Shown: one piece after another, positions 61,980 through 64,000 of the stretch
Numbering within the stretch: position 1 is the stretch's first letter
Layout of the letters: every line of letters begins with the position of its first letter
NCBI GenBank assembly: GCA_963731925.1
Contig: CAVSXK010000026.1
Span: forward strand, 94,265-158,264
Origin: an uncultured Actinomycetes bacterium
GTDB lineage: Bacteria; Actinomycetota; UBA4738; HRBIN12
Direction: 5' to 3'
Length of the DNA stretch: 64,000 nt
Notes under the pieces: model-generated
Seen by the model: the letters and a program-made list of their open reading frames with translations, nothing else
Databases searched by the model: none
Told to the model about the DNA's origin: nothing
Made by a program: the position numbers and the translations under genes

Positions 61980-62426
61980 TCAGCGTTCTCCTCGTTCGAT
62001 CTCGGCCACCTGGAGCAGGCGCCGTTCGTGGCGCCCGCCCTCGAACGGCGTGGCCAGCCAGAGCTGCACGATCTCCTGGGCGAGCTGGACGGCCACGATC
62101 CGTCCGCCCATCGCGAGCACGTTGGCGTCGTTGTGACGGCGGGACAGCTCCGCGAGGTGCAGGTCGTTGCAGAGCGCGGCGCGGGTGCCCTTCACCTTGT
62201 TGGCCGCCAGCTGCTCGCCCTGTCCCGACCCGCCGAGCACGATCCCTCGTTCGGCACGCCCGTCGACCACCGCTCGGGCCGTGGCGGCACAGAAGTCCGG
62301 ATAATCGACCATCTCCTCCGAGTCGGTCCCGAGGTCGAGCACCTCGTGTCCGCGTTCGGCGAGGAACGCCTTCAACGAGACCTTGAGGGGATACCCGGCG
62401 TGATCGCACCCCATCGCGATCCGCAC
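61980..62426 (-). CDS. rpiB: Ribose-5-phosphate isomerase B
   Basis: GCDHAG, DYP, GGSG.G...AANK, HNDANVL.MG.R, F.GGRH.RR. Confidence 0.92.
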   Translation of the reverse strand: MRIAMGCDHAGYPLKVSLKAFLAERGHEVLDLGTDSEEMVDYPDFCAATARAVVDGRAERGIVLGGSGQGEQLAANKVKGTRAALCNDLHLAELSRRHNDANVLAMGGRIVAVQLAQEIVQLWLATPFEGGRHERRLLQVAEIERGER

Positions 62427-62428
62427 GG

Positions 62429-63028
62429 CTAGCTCCGGGACGTGCCGCTCGCGGCCGGTGCCTCGGCCCGGCCGAAGAGCCCGACGGCCAGCCTCGAGCA
62501 CCATCCGTCGAGCTCGGTGGCGACGGCCCGGAAAGCCTCGAGGGACATCCCGAGAGGATCCATGATCCCGTCATCGCGCGGGTCGCCGGCGTACCCCTGT
62601 GCCCGTAGCCGATCGGCCGCGGCCACGCGTTCGGAAAGCCGGCGTTCGGGTGTCGCCTCGTGGACCTCGGGCAGCGACTCCACCAGACGGACGAGCTCCT
62701 TCAGCGTGAAGGTGCGCGAACGGGCCTCGGGGACCTCGGCGACGACGGCGTGCGCATGCTCGATGGCCATCCCCAGGATCAGCGCCGAGCCGTCGATGTC
62801 GGCCGGCTCGAGCTCGCGGGCGCGATGGCCCGAGATGTCGACGCCGCGTTCGGCGGCCGCCGCGACCGAACTCGGGTCGGCGGCGGAACCCGTCCACCCC
62901 ATGGTCCCCGCCGAAGCGACCGGCGGGGCGTTCGCGCCCAGCTTCGCTCCGAACGCGCGGCGCAGGAACCCCTCCGCGATCGGCGACCGACAGACGTTCC
63001 CCGTACAGACGACCAGCACTTGTGCCAT
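62429..63028 (-). CDS. Low-molecular-weight protein tyrosine/arginine phosphatase
   Basis: P-loop CTGNVCRSPIAE; SAGT; DP.G. Confidence 0.88.
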   Translation of the reverse strand: MAQVLVVCTGNVCRSPIAEGFLRRAFGAKLGANAPPVASAGTMGWTGSAADPSSVAAAAERGVDISGHRARELEPADIDGSALILGMAIEHAHAVVAEVPEARSRTFTLKELVRLVESLPEVHEATPERRLSERVAAADRLRAQGYAGDPRDDGIMDPLGMSLEAFRAVATELDGWCSRLAVGLFGRAEAPAASGTSRS

Positions 63029-63068
63029 GGGGCCGCGAGTCTACACTGGGGCCCCCCGCCCTCCGACC

Positions 63069-63680
63069 TCAGACGTGCTCGCGCAGCGCAGCCAGCACGT
63101 CCCGCTCCGAGACCGCACCGCGACGCAGCACACGCGGGACGTCGTGCAAGAGCTCGACCACCGTAGAGGCCGAACCACCGAGCGGTTCCGGCGCGCACAG
63201 GTACACGTCGACGGCAGCGCCGAACGTCGCCCGCAGCTCGTCGCACGTCGCGGGTGTCGCCGCCCCGCTGCGGTTGGCGCTCGTGACCGCGAGCGGCCCG
63301 GTGCGCGCCAGCACCGCAAGGACGAGCGGGTCGTGCGGCATCCGCACGCCGATCGTCGCCGCGTCGCCACCGAGGTCCCAGCTCCGAGCGGACTCCGAGC
63401 GCGGGAGCACGATCGTGAGCGCCCCCGCCCAGAAGTGCAGCGCAAGGACCTCCGCACGATGATCGAATGCGGCGATCCGCCGCGCCGCCTCCGTGGACGG
63501 CACGAGCACCGGCAGCTCGAGATCCCGGGGCCGCCCCTTCGCGTCGAAGAGCCGGGCCGTCGCCCGGGGATCGTCGGGCCGGGTGCCGATGCCGTAGACG
63601 GTGTCGGTCGGGACGACGACGAGCCTCCCGTCGAGCGCCGCGAGGGCGGCCGCTTCGATCGGATCCGCCGCGGGACTCAC
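63069..63680 (-). CDS. tsaC: L-threonylcarbamoyladenylate synthase (Sua5/YrdC)
   Basis: PTDTVYG, K.RP, FW.G.LT.VL, GVRMP, TSANRSG; GTGA overlap with prmC. Confidence 0.92.
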   Translation of the reverse strand: MSPAADPIEAAALAALDGRLVVVPTDTVYGIGTRPDDPRATARLFDAKGRPRDLELPVLVPSTEAARRIAAFDHRAEVLALHFWAGALTIVLPRSESARSWDLGGDAATIGVRMPHDPLVLAVLARTGPLAVTSANRSGAATPATCDELRATFGAAVDVYLCAPEPLGGSASTVVELLHDVPRVLRRGAVSERDVLAALREHV

Positions 63681-64000
63681 GGCGCTCGAGCGAGGACCAC
63701 GCGATCGCGTCCCGCGAGATCTCGCAGGACGCGGACGTCGACGAAGGTCTCTGCGAACACGCGTGCCACGTCGTCGCGCAACCTCGCGTCGATCTCGACG
63801 GCGAGGGTCCCGCCGTCGCGCAACCACCGGGACGACTGAGCCGCCAGGCGACGGTAGAGCTCGACCCCGCCGGCAAGCGCCAGCACGGGCTCCACCCGCA
63901 CCTCGGCGGGCAGGTCGTCGATCTCCTCGGCGGGCACGTAGGGCGGGTTGCTCGCGACGAGGTCCACCCACCCCCGCAGATCGCCGGGGAGCGGTTCGAG
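63677..64000 (-). CDS. prmC: Release factor glutamine methyltransferase (3' part; 5' end beyond the window)
   Basis: SNPPYV, EP..AL.GG, EI, RDLAGRDRV; conserved position upstream of sua5. Confidence 0.88.
   Translation of the reverse strand, partial: LEPLPGDLRGWVDLVASNPPYVPAEEIDDLPAEVRVEPVLALAGGVELYRRLAAQSSRWLRDGGTLAVEIDARLRDDVARVFAETFVDVRVLRDLAGRDRVVLARAP

Overview
High-GC (about 70%) bacterial chromosome segment, most consistent with an actinobacterium (leaderless TAnnnT promoters, Nur-like and IcmA-like genes, Rex/CRP-type boxes); the taxon is inferred, not searched. About 65 genes, mostly housekeeping: serA, gatCAB, folD, ligA, mnmA, etfBA, pabB/C, murA, a complete atpZIBEFHAGDC operon and the prmC-tsaC-phosphatase-rpiB-glyA-wecA block. 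Accessory parts: two DmdA-like aminomethyltransferases, one translationally coupled to a phytoene-dehydrogenase-like flavoprotein; three tandem MFS paralogues behind a CRP-type box and a candidate attenuator leader peptide; an FtsX-type ABC system; an orphan Rieske ferredoxin/reductase pair; two tiny Cys-rich ORFs with structured flanks; a Nur-like regulator/NiCoT/isobutyryl-CoA mutase/MeaB block; a PrsW-SCP2-ADH-SCP2-CPBP block; and a polyamine-type ABC importer. I saw no rRNA, tRNA, CRISPR array, transposase or integrase. Seven genes carry single extra-base frameshifts in short homopolymers, probably sequencing error. All family calls come from motif recognition by eye.
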